Assembly: GCA_043819235.1 (NCBI GenBank)
Contig: JBDRFA010000124.1
Location: forward strand, 1 to 38,369
From: Candidatus Omnitrophota bacterium
GTDB taxonomy: Bacteria > Omnitrophota > Gorgyraeia > Tantalellales > Tantalellaceae
Reading direction: 5' to 3'
DNA length: 38,369 nucleotides
Made by a program: the position numbers and the translations under genes. The notes below the pieces were generated by a model. That model saw only the letters and a program-made list of their open reading frames with translations. It made no database searches and was not told where the DNA came from. Shown piece by piece: positions 17,737-26,031 of the stretch (position 1 is its first letter; every line of letters starts with the position of its first letter).

Positions 17737-18720
17737 TCACTCCTCTTCCTTCGATTCCCTCGTCATCAGCTCGGCTACCGCGGCTGCGGGGTTTTTCCCC
17801 TCGTAAATGACCTCGTATACCTTTTGCGTTATGGGCATCTCGACGCCGTGTTTTTTAGCCAGTTCATACGCCGACCGGCAGGTTGCGAGACCTTCCACCA
17901 CCATCTCGGTCTCTTTCAGGATCTCGGATACTTTCCGGCCCTTACCGATCTGTTCACCGAACCATCGGTTCCTGCTCTTAAGGCTTATACAGGTAGTGGC
18001 CAGGTCCCCCATGCCGCTCAAACCTCTAAAGGTACTCTCTTTGGCGCCGACCGCTACGCCCAGGCGCGTTATTTCCGCCAGCCCTCTGGTCAATATCGCC
18101 GCTTTGGAATTAGTGCCGAACCCGAGTCCATCGGAAATACCCGCGGCTATCGCGATGATATTTTTCAACGCGCCGCCCATCTCCACTCCCCTGATATCCC
18201 CTGAAGTGTAAACACGGAACCGGTCGGTAGACAATAGCTCCTGTATGTCTTTTCTCCATATTCCGTTCGAGGCGACCACGACCGTCGTCGGAATACCCGC
18301 GGCAACTTCAAATGAAATACTGGGGCCGGATATAACGCTTATCCTGGTATCGGGAAAAAACTCTTCCAGTATTTCAGAGGGCCTTTTCAAAGAACCGTTC
18401 TCAATCCCTTTAGTGGCGCTTATGATATGGCTGAAACCCGCTTCCCGGAACCTGTCCGCTACCGATCTCAGATACTCACAGGGGACCACGAAAAAAGCGT
18501 ATTCCGAACGTTTAACTATGTCATCATCGGACGTTATCTTAAGGCCCTCAGGCAACGGTATCCCTTTAAGAAACTTAACATTTTCCCTTTTTTTGTCCAG
18601 GAATTCGGCATATTGCGGAGAGACACTCCAAAGGACCGTATCAACGCCTTTCGCATGCAGTAAAAGGGCCAACGCCGTCCCCCACCCGCCATCTCCTATT
18701 ATACTGATTTTTTTACTCAT
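17737..18720 (-). CDS. gpsA: NAD(P)H-dependent glycerol-3-phosphate dehydrogenase
   Basis: KISIIGDGGWGTALA dinucleotide motif and GLKN/ALKNIIAIAAG motifs. I trimmed to the ATG at 18720. Confidence 0.92.
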   Translation of the reverse strand: MSKKISIIGDGGWGTALALLLHAKGVDTVLWSVSPQYAEFLDKKRENVKFLKGIPLPEGLKITSDDDIVKRSEYAFFVVPCEYLRSVADRFREAGFSHIISATKGIENGSLKRPSEILEEFFPDTRISVISGPSISFEVAAGIPTTVVVASNGIWRKDIQELLSTDRFRVYTSGDIRGVEMGGALKNIIAIAAGISDGLGFGTNSKAAILTRGLAEITRLGVAVGAKESTFRGLSGMGDLATTCISLKSRNRWFGEQIGKGRKVSEILKETEMVVEGLATCRSAYELAKKHGVEMPITQKVYEVIYEGKNPAAAVAELMTRESKEEE

Positions 18721-18796
18721 AATAACTTTCCAAAGTGTAACATATCTGATTTTTTGAGTCAATAATAATAAGAGTAAAGTAACGCGGGTTATAAAG

Positions 18797-18826
18797 AAAA
18801 GGGGACGGTAAATACCGTCCCCTTTT
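18797..18826 (-). terminator. intrinsic-terminator-like hairpin (potentially bidirectional)
   Basis: AAAAGGGGACGG (18797-18808), loop TAAATA, CCGTCCCCTTTT (18815-18826). On the minus strand the stem is followed by TTTTCTTTAT. It lies about 140 nt downstream of the 129-aa ORF. Confidence 0.6.
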
Positions 18827-18965
18827 CACTCTGGAGGCATGAAACCGCATGTTGGTACAGTTTCACGTTATTTCTTCAGGATCATCTCCACAAATAACAT
18901 CTGGCATTTCAACAAACACAGTTTAGCGATAGCTCTAAATATGGAATATATCCGCGACATCCTGT

Positions 18966-19355
18966 TTACTGTGACATCCATTTTACACCTCTGTTATTTT
19001 CTTTAACATTCTCGATCTGGATCCTGATGGAATTCACATAAACTACCCTATAGGCGGTTCTGCCGGAAATTACAAAGAATTCACCGAGGATCTTACAAGC
19101 TATCTTATTTTCTCCGGTTTTCCTATTCCCTTTTCTAAGAATGTGACTATTCTGCCTATATCCATTTTCCTTCCTTATCGTTATCCAATTCTTAAGGTCT
19201 TCGGGATTAGAAGAAGTATAGGCTTCCTTTATAAAATATTTACAAGACCGCCTTTTAGAGATTTTAATCTCGGGTTTATTACAGATCTCTTCGATGGAAA
19301 CTTCGTGTTTTCTTGGATTATCCCCCATCCTGTTTTTATAGAAAAGTTCTCTCAT
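18966..19355 (-). CDS. hypothetical protein (orphan ORF in AT-rich insert)
   Basis: 129-aa ATG-initiated ORF, Lys/Asn-rich, co-oriented with its neighbours. I recognise no motif, so coding status is uncertain. Confidence 0.4.
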   Translation of the reverse strand: MRELFYKNRMGDNPRKHEVSIEEICNKPEIKISKRRSCKYFIKEAYTSSNPEDLKNWITIRKENGYRQNSHILRKGNRKTGENKIACKILGEFFVISGRTAYRVVYVNSIRIQIENVKENNRGVKWMSQ

Positions 19356-19435
19356 AACCCTCTCCCTGTTAAAACTTTTAAAATGCGTTTAAAAAGTGAT
19401 TTCACAAAAACACTTTTTCTAATGCTAACACTTTG

Positions 19436-19463
19436 ATTATACACTATAAAGGAGGGAAAACAA
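19436..19463 (-). promoter_or_regulatory. candidate sigma70-type promoter for the 129-aa ORF
   Basis: The minus strand reads TTGTTT, a 16-nt spacer, then TATAAT (TATAAT is the complement of 19436-19441). It lies about 80 nt upstream of the ATG at 19355. Sequence pattern only. Confidence 0.3.
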
Positions 19464-19469
19464 GTAAAA

Positions 19470-20102
19470 TTATCTATCTTTTTTAAACCTTAACACTTTC
19501 TTTTCCGTACCTTGCAGTAATCTCTTTATGTTCGAACGATGAGAATAAATCCCGACAAGGCATATTACAGCGCACAGGAGGATAAAATCTAAACTCTTCC
19601 CCATGGCCAGCGCGAAGAACGGTAACGCGACGGCCGCCGCAATGGAGGCCAGCGACACATACCCCCATATCGTGAGAACAATGCCCCAGATGATGAGGCA
19701 GATCAGTAAAATACCCGGGGCTAACCCCGCCATCACTCCCGCCGCGGTCGCGACACCTTTTCCTCCCTTGAACCTGAGAAAAACGGTCCATATATGTCCG
19801 GCTATCGCCGCGACTCCCGGCAATATGTACGCGTACCCATAAGAACTGACGCCGTTGTCCGGGATGATCCTGCCAAGCACCGCCGGCAGAACGGTAACGG
19901 ACACGGCTCCTTTTAAAAGGTCCAGTACGAGCACAATGATCCCGGGCACCAGGCCTATAACCCTGAACACATTTGTGGCGCCTGCATTACCGCTTCCATG
20001 CTCGCGTATATCAATGCCTCTTAACACCTTTCCGAAAATATACGCTGTCGGGATCGACCCCATAAGATAAGCCAGGACTGTCAGGACAAATAAATATATC
20101 AT
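19470..20102 (-). CDS. plsY: glycerol-3-phosphate acyltransferase PlsY
   Basis: HGSGNAGATN motif, a polytopic membrane protein of 210 aa, and an ATGA overlap with der. Confidence 0.92.
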   Translation of the reverse strand: MIYLFVLTVLAYLMGSIPTAYIFGKVLRGIDIREHGSGNAGATNVFRVIGLVPGIIVLVLDLLKGAVSVTVLPAVLGRIIPDNGVSSYGYAYILPGVAAIAGHIWTVFLRFKGGKGVATAAGVMAGLAPGILLICLIIWGIVLTIWGYVSLASIAAAVALPFFALAMGKSLDFILLCAVICLVGIYSHRSNIKRLLQGTEKKVLRFKKDR

Positions 20103-21457
20103 TTTCTCTCCCTATTCGACCTTTTGAATATTACTTTGAAAGGTATTCCCGAAAGCGGCAGATTCGCCCGCAGCTGATTTTCGATAAAACTGATATGCGC
20201 GGGGATCACAGCCGAGGTATCATCCACGAAATATTTAAACTCCACAGGCCTTTGCCCGGTCTGTGTAATGTAATAGAACCTCGGGCGTTTTTTACTGCGC
20301 GGTACCGCTACGTTCGAGGGGTCCTTTTTTTCAAAGATCTTGTTCAACATCGGCGTCGGCGCTTTAATGTCAAGGTTCGCGTCCAGGACCTTGACCATCG
20401 CAAAACTGGAAAGCACGTTTTTCCCGGTTTTTGAGGAGATAAACTCCATGGGATACTTTTTTAATTTTTCGAAAGAATTGACAAGCTCTTTTTTATACTC
20501 TTCGCCGGAGATGTCCGGGGTCTCTTCAGCCAGATCCCATTTGTTGACAAGCACAAGGCATGGTTTCCCTTTTTCTTCGATAAAGTCCATTATCCGCATA
20601 TCATCCCTGGTCATACCGTCAGCGACGTCTATGAGCAGAACCGACACATCCGCCTTCTCGATAGCCTCCTTCGACCGGATAACGCTGTAAACATCCGCGG
20701 CGGCCTTGACCTTCCTTTTATGCCGGATGCCGGCGGTATCCACCAGGACATATTCATCCCCCTCGTAAGTGAAACGCGTATCTATCGAATCCCTGGTGGT
20801 CCCGGGAATGTCGCTGACGATAACACGTTCGCGTTTTAACAGATTGTTCACGTAACACGACTTCCCGACGTTCGGCCTGCCTACAACGGCTATCCTGATT
20901 TGCCTGAGCTCCGCTTCCGGGAGATGCCTCCCTCCACGCTCCCCCACCCCCTTGAGATGTTCCAGCAATATCTCCTTAAGCCTGCGTATGCCCCTGCGGT
21001 GAAGGCAGGAAACAGCCAACGGTTCCCCGAACCCCAATCTATAGAATTCCAAAGTATCGCCCTTGAACTTGTCGTTATCCGCTTTATTCGCGACAACGAT
21101 AACATGTTTGTTCGATTTCCTCAAGAGGAGCGCGAACTCCTCATCCGCGGGAGTGATCCCGGACATCGTGTCTACCATGATGATAACTATCAAAGCTTCC
21201 TGTATGGACCCGTATATCCGGTCCTTCACCTGCATGGAAAGTTCGTCCTTATTGGACAGGAGATACCCTCCCGTATCAATGAGCTTAACCTTGAATTTTC
21301 CCAGGGACATTACCGCTTCCACGCTGTCCCGCGTAGTGCCGGCTTCCGCTACGACCACGGCGCGTCTCTCTCCCAGCAGACAGTTGAAAAGCGAGGATTT
21401 TCCGACATTAGGCCTGCCGGCTATGCATATGGTGAATTCAGACTTATGTTTTTCCAT
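20099..21457 (-). CDS. der: ribosome-biogenesis GTPase Der (EngA)
   Basis: Two tandem GTPase domains (GRPNVGKSSLFN and GRPNVGKSCYVN P-loops; DTGG and DTAG motifs) plus a C-terminal KH-like domain. Confidence 0.95.
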   Translation of the reverse strand: MEKHKSEFTICIAGRPNVGKSSLFNCLLGERRAVVVAEAGTTRDSVEAVMSLGKFKVKLIDTGGYLLSNKDELSMQVKDRIYGSIQEALIVIIMVDTMSGITPADEEFALLLRKSNKHVIVVANKADNDKFKGDTLEFYRLGFGEPLAVSCLHRRGIRRLKEILLEHLKGVGERGGRHLPEAELRQIRIAVVGRPNVGKSCYVNNLLKRERVIVSDIPGTTRDSIDTRFTYEGDEYVLVDTAGIRHKRKVKAAADVYSVIRSKEAIEKADVSVLLIDVADGMTRDDMRIMDFIEEKGKPCLVLVNKWDLAEETPDISGEEYKKELVNSFEKLKKYPMEFISSKTGKNVLSSFAMVKVLDANLDIKAPTPMLNKIFEKKDPSNVAVPRSKKRPRFYYITQTGQRPVEFKYFVDDTSAVIPAHISFIENQLRANLPLSGIPFKVIFKRSNRERK

Positions 21458-21977
21458 TTATTTGCCCTGACCCTATCCTGATGTAATCCAGCCCGGAAAT
21501 GACGGTTAACACTACCGTGATGTTCCACATCCAGCTCGAAAAAATAAAACGTAATAGAACGGCGATTATAGTGAACATCTGGAAAAAAGTGGTTATCTTT
21601 CCGGTAATGGTGGGTTTTATGTCTATCTTCCCGGCGAGCAGATATATCACTACCGCTCCCATCAGTATTATCACGTCCCTGGAAATAACGATTATGGGGA
21701 CATACACCGGCATCTTCAGATATGACGGGAGGCCTGAAACCAGGCTGAAACTGATAAAGGCGCTGCCTATAAGCATCTTATCGGCAATGGGGTCCATTAT
21801 GGCGCCAAGCCTGGTTTTTTCCTTACGCGCCCTCGCTATGTAACCGTCCAGCCCGTCCGTTACGGTAGCGGCTATGAATATGACGAGAGCGATATTAAGC
21901 CGCTGGTAAAAAACAGCCATTATAAATACCGGAACAAGCACTATACGGCATATGGTCAATCGATTAGCCCAATTCAT
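21444..21977 (-). CDS. pgsA: CDP-diacylglycerol--glycerol-3-phosphate 3-phosphatidyltransferase
   Basis: CDP-alcohol phosphatidyltransferase motif DGLDGYIARA...G...DPIADK. I trimmed to the ATG at 21977; the longer track start is a GTG inside a palindromic repeat. Confidence 0.85.
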   Translation of the reverse strand: MNWANRLTICRIVLVPVFIMAVFYQRLNIALVIFIAATVTDGLDGYIARARKEKTRLGAIMDPIADKMLIGSAFISFSLVSGLPSYLKMPVYVPIIVISRDVIILMGAVVIYLLAGKIDIKPTITGKITTFFQMFTIIAVLLRFIFSSWMWNITVVLTVISGLDYIRIGSGQINGKT

Positions 21978-21997
21978 TGTGTCTCCGTTACACATAT

Positions 21998-22025
21998 GTA
22001 GGGGCACGGCGCGCCGTGCCCCTAC
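21998..22025. repeat. 28-nt perfect palindrome, GTAG-type (REP-like)
   Basis: GTAGGGGCACGGCGCGCCGTGCCCCTAC, between the lepB stop and the pgsA start. It is identical to 26004-26031. Confidence 0.85.
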
Positions 22026-22033
22026 CCGTACTC

Positions 22034-22627
22034 TTAATCGCCTTCCCGCAAAAGGCGTATGCGCTTTATCGGCCAGTGGATGAGAAAAGCTTTTCCGACG
22101 AGATTTTTATCCGGGACAAATCCCCAGTACCGGGAATCCATGGAATTTTTACTGTTGTCCCCCAATACGAAAAAATAACCTTCCGGCACGTGTAAGGCCT
22201 CGCCTTCGGCCCCGTATTCCCCACGGTTATAATAATAGAACCGGTTGAAAGGGACGCTGCCCACCGTCTTACCGTCGATGACCAGTTTGCCGTCCTCTAT
22301 CCGGACGGTCTGGTCCCCGCCGGCGATAAACCTTTTTACGAGATATTTTTTCTTTTCCACCGGGGACGTGAAAACAACTATATCCCCCGTTTCGGGCGTC
22401 CGCTGCCTGGGCAGCCTTATATCGGTGAACGGCACTTTGACGCCATAGATGAACTTATTGACAAATATCCTGTCCGCCGGTTTTAACGTCGGATACATGG
22501 AGCTTGTAGGTATTTTGAACGGTTGGACCACGAACGTCCGTATGAGCATAGCGAGGACCGCCGCCACCAGTATGGGTTTGACCCATTCTTCCCACAGATA
22601 CTCCCGGGTCTTCCTGTTAAATTTCAT
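22034..22627 (-). CDS. lepB: signal peptidase I
   Basis: Catalytic Ser box SSMYPTL, a Lys box, and GDNSKNSMDSRYWG. Confidence 0.9.
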   Translation of the reverse strand: MKFNRKTREYLWEEWVKPILVAAVLAMLIRTFVVQPFKIPTSSMYPTLKPADRIFVNKFIYGVKVPFTDIRLPRQRTPETGDIVVFTSPVEKKKYLVKRFIAGGDQTVRIEDGKLVIDGKTVGSVPFNRFYYYNRGEYGAEGEALHVPEGYFFVLGDNSKNSMDSRYWGFVPDKNLVGKAFLIHWPIKRIRLLREGD

Positions 22628-24426
22628 GATATCCTCATCGCTTTCAAGAAGGCTTCTTTAGGCACGTCCACTTTTCCGATCCTGCGCATTTTCTTTTTAC
22701 CTTCTTTCTGTTTTTCCCATAATTTCCTTTTTCGCGTTATATCTCCACCGTAACATTTCGCCGTCACGTGTTTTTTTAATGCCGATATGTCCGAGCGAGC
22801 CACGACCTCCCCGCCTATGGCGGCCTGTATAGCTATCTTGAACATGTGTTTCGGTATGGACTTTTTCAGTTCCTGCACCAGATCAAGCCCGCGCTTACGC
22901 GCCTTGTCCCTGTGCACAAGGCATGAAAGCGCGTCGCAGGCTATCCCGTTGATCAATATGTCGAGCTTGGCTATATTGGACTTCCTGTAACCCGTGATCT
23001 CGTAATCCAGGGAACCATACCCCTGTGTCGACGATTTTATCTTGTCGTAAAAGTCTATGACTATCTCCGACAGCGGTATATCATAGGTAAGCTGCGCCCT
23101 CGTGGGGTCGAGGTACTGGGTGCTCACGAACTCTCCCCTTTTCATCTCGCATAATTTCATGATAGTGCCGATGGCTTCCGACGGAACGAAAATATAACAT
23201 TTCACGAAGGGCTCCTCCACGTATTCTATTTTTTCCCTGTCAGGATACTTCGTGGGGTTATCCACATCTATGAGGTCGCCGCCCGATAATTTGACCTTAT
23301 AACTAACGCTCGGAGAAGACGCTATCAGGTCCAGGTCGAACTCTCTCTCCAGCCTTTCCTGTATTATCTCCATATGCAGAAGGCCCAGGAAACCGCACCT
23401 GTAGCCGAAACCGAGCGCCGCGGACATTTCCGGTTCATAGAGGAAGGACGCGTCCGACAGTTTCAGTTTCTCCATCGCCCCGCTGAGGTTCTCGTAATCC
23501 TCGTTACTCACCGGATAAATACCGCTGAAAACCATGGGTTTCACCTGCTTGTAGCCCGGCAAGGGCTTATCCGCCGGGTTATCCATGCCCGTTATGGTAT
23601 CGCCCACGACCACTTCTTTCGCCTCTTTGATGTTGCAGACGATATATCCAACTTCCCCGCAGCCGAGTTCCCTGACGGGCTGTTCGAACGGGGCGAACAC
23701 ACCCGCTTCCTTCACCTCGTACCTCGCGCCCCTGTTCATCATCTCGATATTCATGCCCGCGCGTATACGGCCGTTCTTGACACGTACATACACGATGACC
23801 CCGCGGTAAGTATCATAGGCGGAATCGAATATCAGCGCCTGCAGCGGCGCGTCAGGGCTCCCGGAGGGGGGCGGCACGTCCCTGACGACAGCCTCGAGCA
23901 CGTCTTCGGTGCCGATATTCTCCTTCGCGCTTATAAGCAGTATATCATCTTCATCCTCGACCCCGAGGATATCTATCATCTGATGTTTCACTTCTTCTAT
24001 CCTGGCGTTTTTGAGGTCTATCTTGTTTATGATCGGGATTATCTTGAGGTTATGCTCCATCGCCAGGTAAAGATTGGCGATCGTCTGGGCCTCGACCCCC
24101 TGGACCGCGTCTACCAAAAGAAGCGCGCCTTCGCACGCGGCTATCGTCTTGGATACTTCGTAGGAAAAATCGACATGCCCGGGGGTATCGATAAGGTTCA
24201 AAAGATAGGTATTGCCGTCCTTCGCCTTGTAAATTATCTTTACCGCGCTGCATTTGATCGTTATGCCCCTTTCCCTCTCCAGGTCCATATTGTCCAGGAA
24301 CTGGTCCCTGAATTCCCTGCCGTCAACGGCGCCGGTTATCTGGATTATCCGGTCAGCCAGAGTCGATTTACCGTGGTCGATATGGGCAATAATGCAAAAA
24401 TTTCTTATTCTGTCCAGTTCATTCAT
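22624..24426 (-). CDS. lepA: translation elongation factor 4
   Basis: IIAHIDHGKSTLADR, DTPGHVDF and NKID GTPase motifs plus the LepA C-terminal domain. 600 aa. Confidence 0.97.
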   Translation of the reverse strand: MNELDRIRNFCIIAHIDHGKSTLADRIIQITGAVDGREFRDQFLDNMDLERERGITIKCSAVKIIYKAKDGNTYLLNLIDTPGHVDFSYEVSKTIAACEGALLLVDAVQGVEAQTIANLYLAMEHNLKIIPIINKIDLKNARIEEVKHQMIDILGVEDEDDILLISAKENIGTEDVLEAVVRDVPPPSGSPDAPLQALIFDSAYDTYRGVIVYVRVKNGRIRAGMNIEMMNRGARYEVKEAGVFAPFEQPVRELGCGEVGYIVCNIKEAKEVVVGDTITGMDNPADKPLPGYKQVKPMVFSGIYPVSNEDYENLSGAMEKLKLSDASFLYEPEMSAALGFGYRCGFLGLLHMEIIQERLEREFDLDLIASSPSVSYKVKLSGGDLIDVDNPTKYPDREKIEYVEEPFVKCYIFVPSEAIGTIMKLCEMKRGEFVSTQYLDPTRAQLTYDIPLSEIVIDFYDKIKSSTQGYGSLDYEITGYRKSNIAKLDILINGIACDALSCLVHRDKARKRGLDLVQELKKSIPKHMFKIAIQAAIGGEVVARSDISALKKHVTAKCYGGDITRKRKLWEKQKEGKKKMRRIGKVDVPKEAFLKAMRIS

Positions 24427-24445
24427 TTATTAACTTCTCTCTTCC

Positions 24446-24470
24446 AAGTTAGATCCCTCGACTTCGTGCC
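24446..24470 (-). repeat. start-proximal box element, short form (upstream of lepA)
   Basis: aagttagatccctcgacttcgtgcc, 19 nt from the lepA ATG. It fills most of the 47-nt spacer after the PGM/PMM stop. Confidence 0.75.
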
Positions 24471-24473
24471 ATC

Positions 24474-25898
24474 TTACATCAACGATAAAGCGCACTTTTT
24501 CCCAAAATCGATATATTTTAACGACTCCCGTTTCGAATGCGTCTCGCAATAGATCCTGAGTTTCGGCTCCGTTCCCGACAACCGGAGGAGTATCCAGCTG
24601 CCGTCCCCGCAGATGAACTTGGTCCCGTCGTAACTTTTGACCTCAACGACCGGGTTATCGAGTACCTTTTTAAGGGGCTGTTTCTTCATGCCGTTTTCCA
24701 GCTTAGCCCTTTTCGATTCCGGGAAACTGAGATCCTCTCTCATGTACTCAAAATTCCCGTATTCCCTGTTCATCCCGGCTACCACCTGCGATAACGTCTT
24801 TTTTTCCTTCACTAAAAGTTCCATGAGCAGAAGCGCCGACAGGAAACCGTCACGTTCCGGCACATAATCCTTGAAACCTATGCCGCCCGTCTCTTCCCCG
24901 CCGATAAGTATATCTTTTTTCGTCATTATATCACATATATATTTGAAACCGACCGGCGTCTCTATCATTTCGAGCTCGTGATCTTCGCATATCCTGTTTA
25001 TCCGGACCGTACCGCAGATGGTTTGAACGACGCCGCCGGTCATCTTCCTGTTCTTAAGAAGATGCAGAAGAAGAAGCGCCATGATAGTATGCCCCGTCAA
25101 CACACCGCCTTTTTCATCGACTATGGCCAGGCGGTCGGCGTCGCCATCGGTAGCGACTCCCATGTCGTAACCGCCTTCCTTCATTTTACCTATAAGCTCC
25201 TTAAGGTGTTTTTCGTTGGGTTCCGGAGGCCTTCCGTTGAACCCGGGGTTAACGTCCGTATACATGAACTCCGTCTTTATGGATGTGTCTTTAAGTATTT
25301 CCCCGAGGTACCTCTCCCCGGCGCCGTTCATCGAATCCACGAGCACCTTGAGCCCGGAGTTCTTCAGAAGCTTCATGTCGGCATACTCTCTCACGTACCT
25401 GACCTGCGTCCCCACGATATCTTCCGGCATTATCTTTTTCTTTTTTACGGCATCACCGAACGGCATGGTCTTTACGCGCGTCTTGAAAAGCCTCTTTTCT
25501 ATCTCGCCGATGATATCACTGCCCGCGGACCCGGCGAAATAACCTTTATATTTGATCCCGTTATACTGCGCGGGGTTATGGCTGGCAGTTACCATCAAAC
25601 CGCCGCTCAATTTCTTATCCTTGATATATACGCATACCGCGGGAGTCGGGCTCGGCCTGTCGGACAAAATAACGCCGATACCGTTAGCCGCCAGAACGAC
25701 GGATATTAACTCCGCGTACTTATCCGACAAAAACCGCGTATCATATCCCACCACTACTTTCTTTTTCCGGTAGACCGGTTCTTTTCTGGAGTTGATAAAA
25801 TCCGCGACCGCCTGGGCGACTACCCTGACATTCTCAAACGTGAAATCCTCGCTGATTATAGCTCTCCACCCGTCCGTTCCGAATTTAATGTTAGACAT
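24474..25898 (-). CDS. phosphoglucomutase/phosphomannomutase family protein
   Basis: Active-site TASHNPAQYNGIK, the metal loop DGDADR and the sugar loop GGEETGG. Confidence 0.85.
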   Translation of the reverse strand: MSNIKFGTDGWRAIISEDFTFENVRVVAQAVADFINSRKEPVYRKKKVVVGYDTRFLSDKYAELISVVLAANGIGVILSDRPSPTPAVCVYIKDKKLSGGLMVTASHNPAQYNGIKYKGYFAGSAGSDIIGEIEKRLFKTRVKTMPFGDAVKKKKIMPEDIVGTQVRYVREYADMKLLKNSGLKVLVDSMNGAGERYLGEILKDTSIKTEFMYTDVNPGFNGRPPEPNEKHLKELIGKMKEGGYDMGVATDGDADRLAIVDEKGGVLTGHTIMALLLLHLLKNRKMTGGVVQTICGTVRINRICEDHELEMIETPVGFKYICDIMTKKDILIGGEETGGIGFKDYVPERDGFLSALLLMELLVKEKKTLSQVVAGMNREYGNFEYMREDLSFPESKRAKLENGMKKQPLKKVLDNPVVEVKSYDGTKFICGDGSWILLRLSGTEPKLRIYCETHSKRESLKYIDFGKKCALSLM

Positions 25899-25924
25899 CC
25901 TTACCCTCCGATTCTTCTGTTATG

Positions 25925-25975
25925 AACTTAGATCCCTCGACTTCGCGCCCTTCGGGCGCTCCGCTCGGGATGACA
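25925..25975 (-). repeat. start-proximal box element, long form (upstream of PGM/PMM gene)
   Basis: aacttagatccctcgacttcgcgcccttcgggcgctccgctcgggatgaca, 26 nt from the ATG at 25898. It contains the internal hairpin GCGCCC-TTC-GGGCGC. Confidence 0.85.
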
Positions 25976-26003
25976 ACTCTTTTTCATCCCTCGCTTGGCC
26001 CGG

Positions 26004-26031
26004 GTAGGGGCACGGCGCGCCGTGCCCCTAC
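26004..26031. repeat. 28-nt perfect palindrome, GTAG-type (REP-like)
   Basis: GTAGGGGCACGGCGCGCCGTGCCCCTAC. The rpe stop codon (26028-26030) falls in its last bases. Confidence 0.85.

Larger units (their letters stand above)
18763..19469. other. AT-rich insertion between plsY and gpsA
   Basis: Composition drops visibly: a hand count gives 21/60 G+C for 19141-19200 versus 32/60 for 10021-10080. The region interrupts the otherwise tightly packed der-plsY...gpsA run. Confidence 0.6.

Noticed and set aside
18734-18762. A TTGACT-17-TACACT promoter-like match upstream of gpsA.
   Set aside because: The hexamers and spacing are good, but the -10 ends only 13 nt before the ATG. A transcript from it would lack the GGAAAG RBS. 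I did not list it as a feature, though it could still serve a near-leaderless mRNA.
18966-19355. Assigning the 129-aa ORF to a toxin (RelE/HigB-like) or to a transposase fragment.
   Set aside because: I found only vague resemblance (for example GRTAYRVVYV) and no catalytic or family-defining motifs. There is no adjacent antitoxin-sized ORF, and the sequence alone gives no support.
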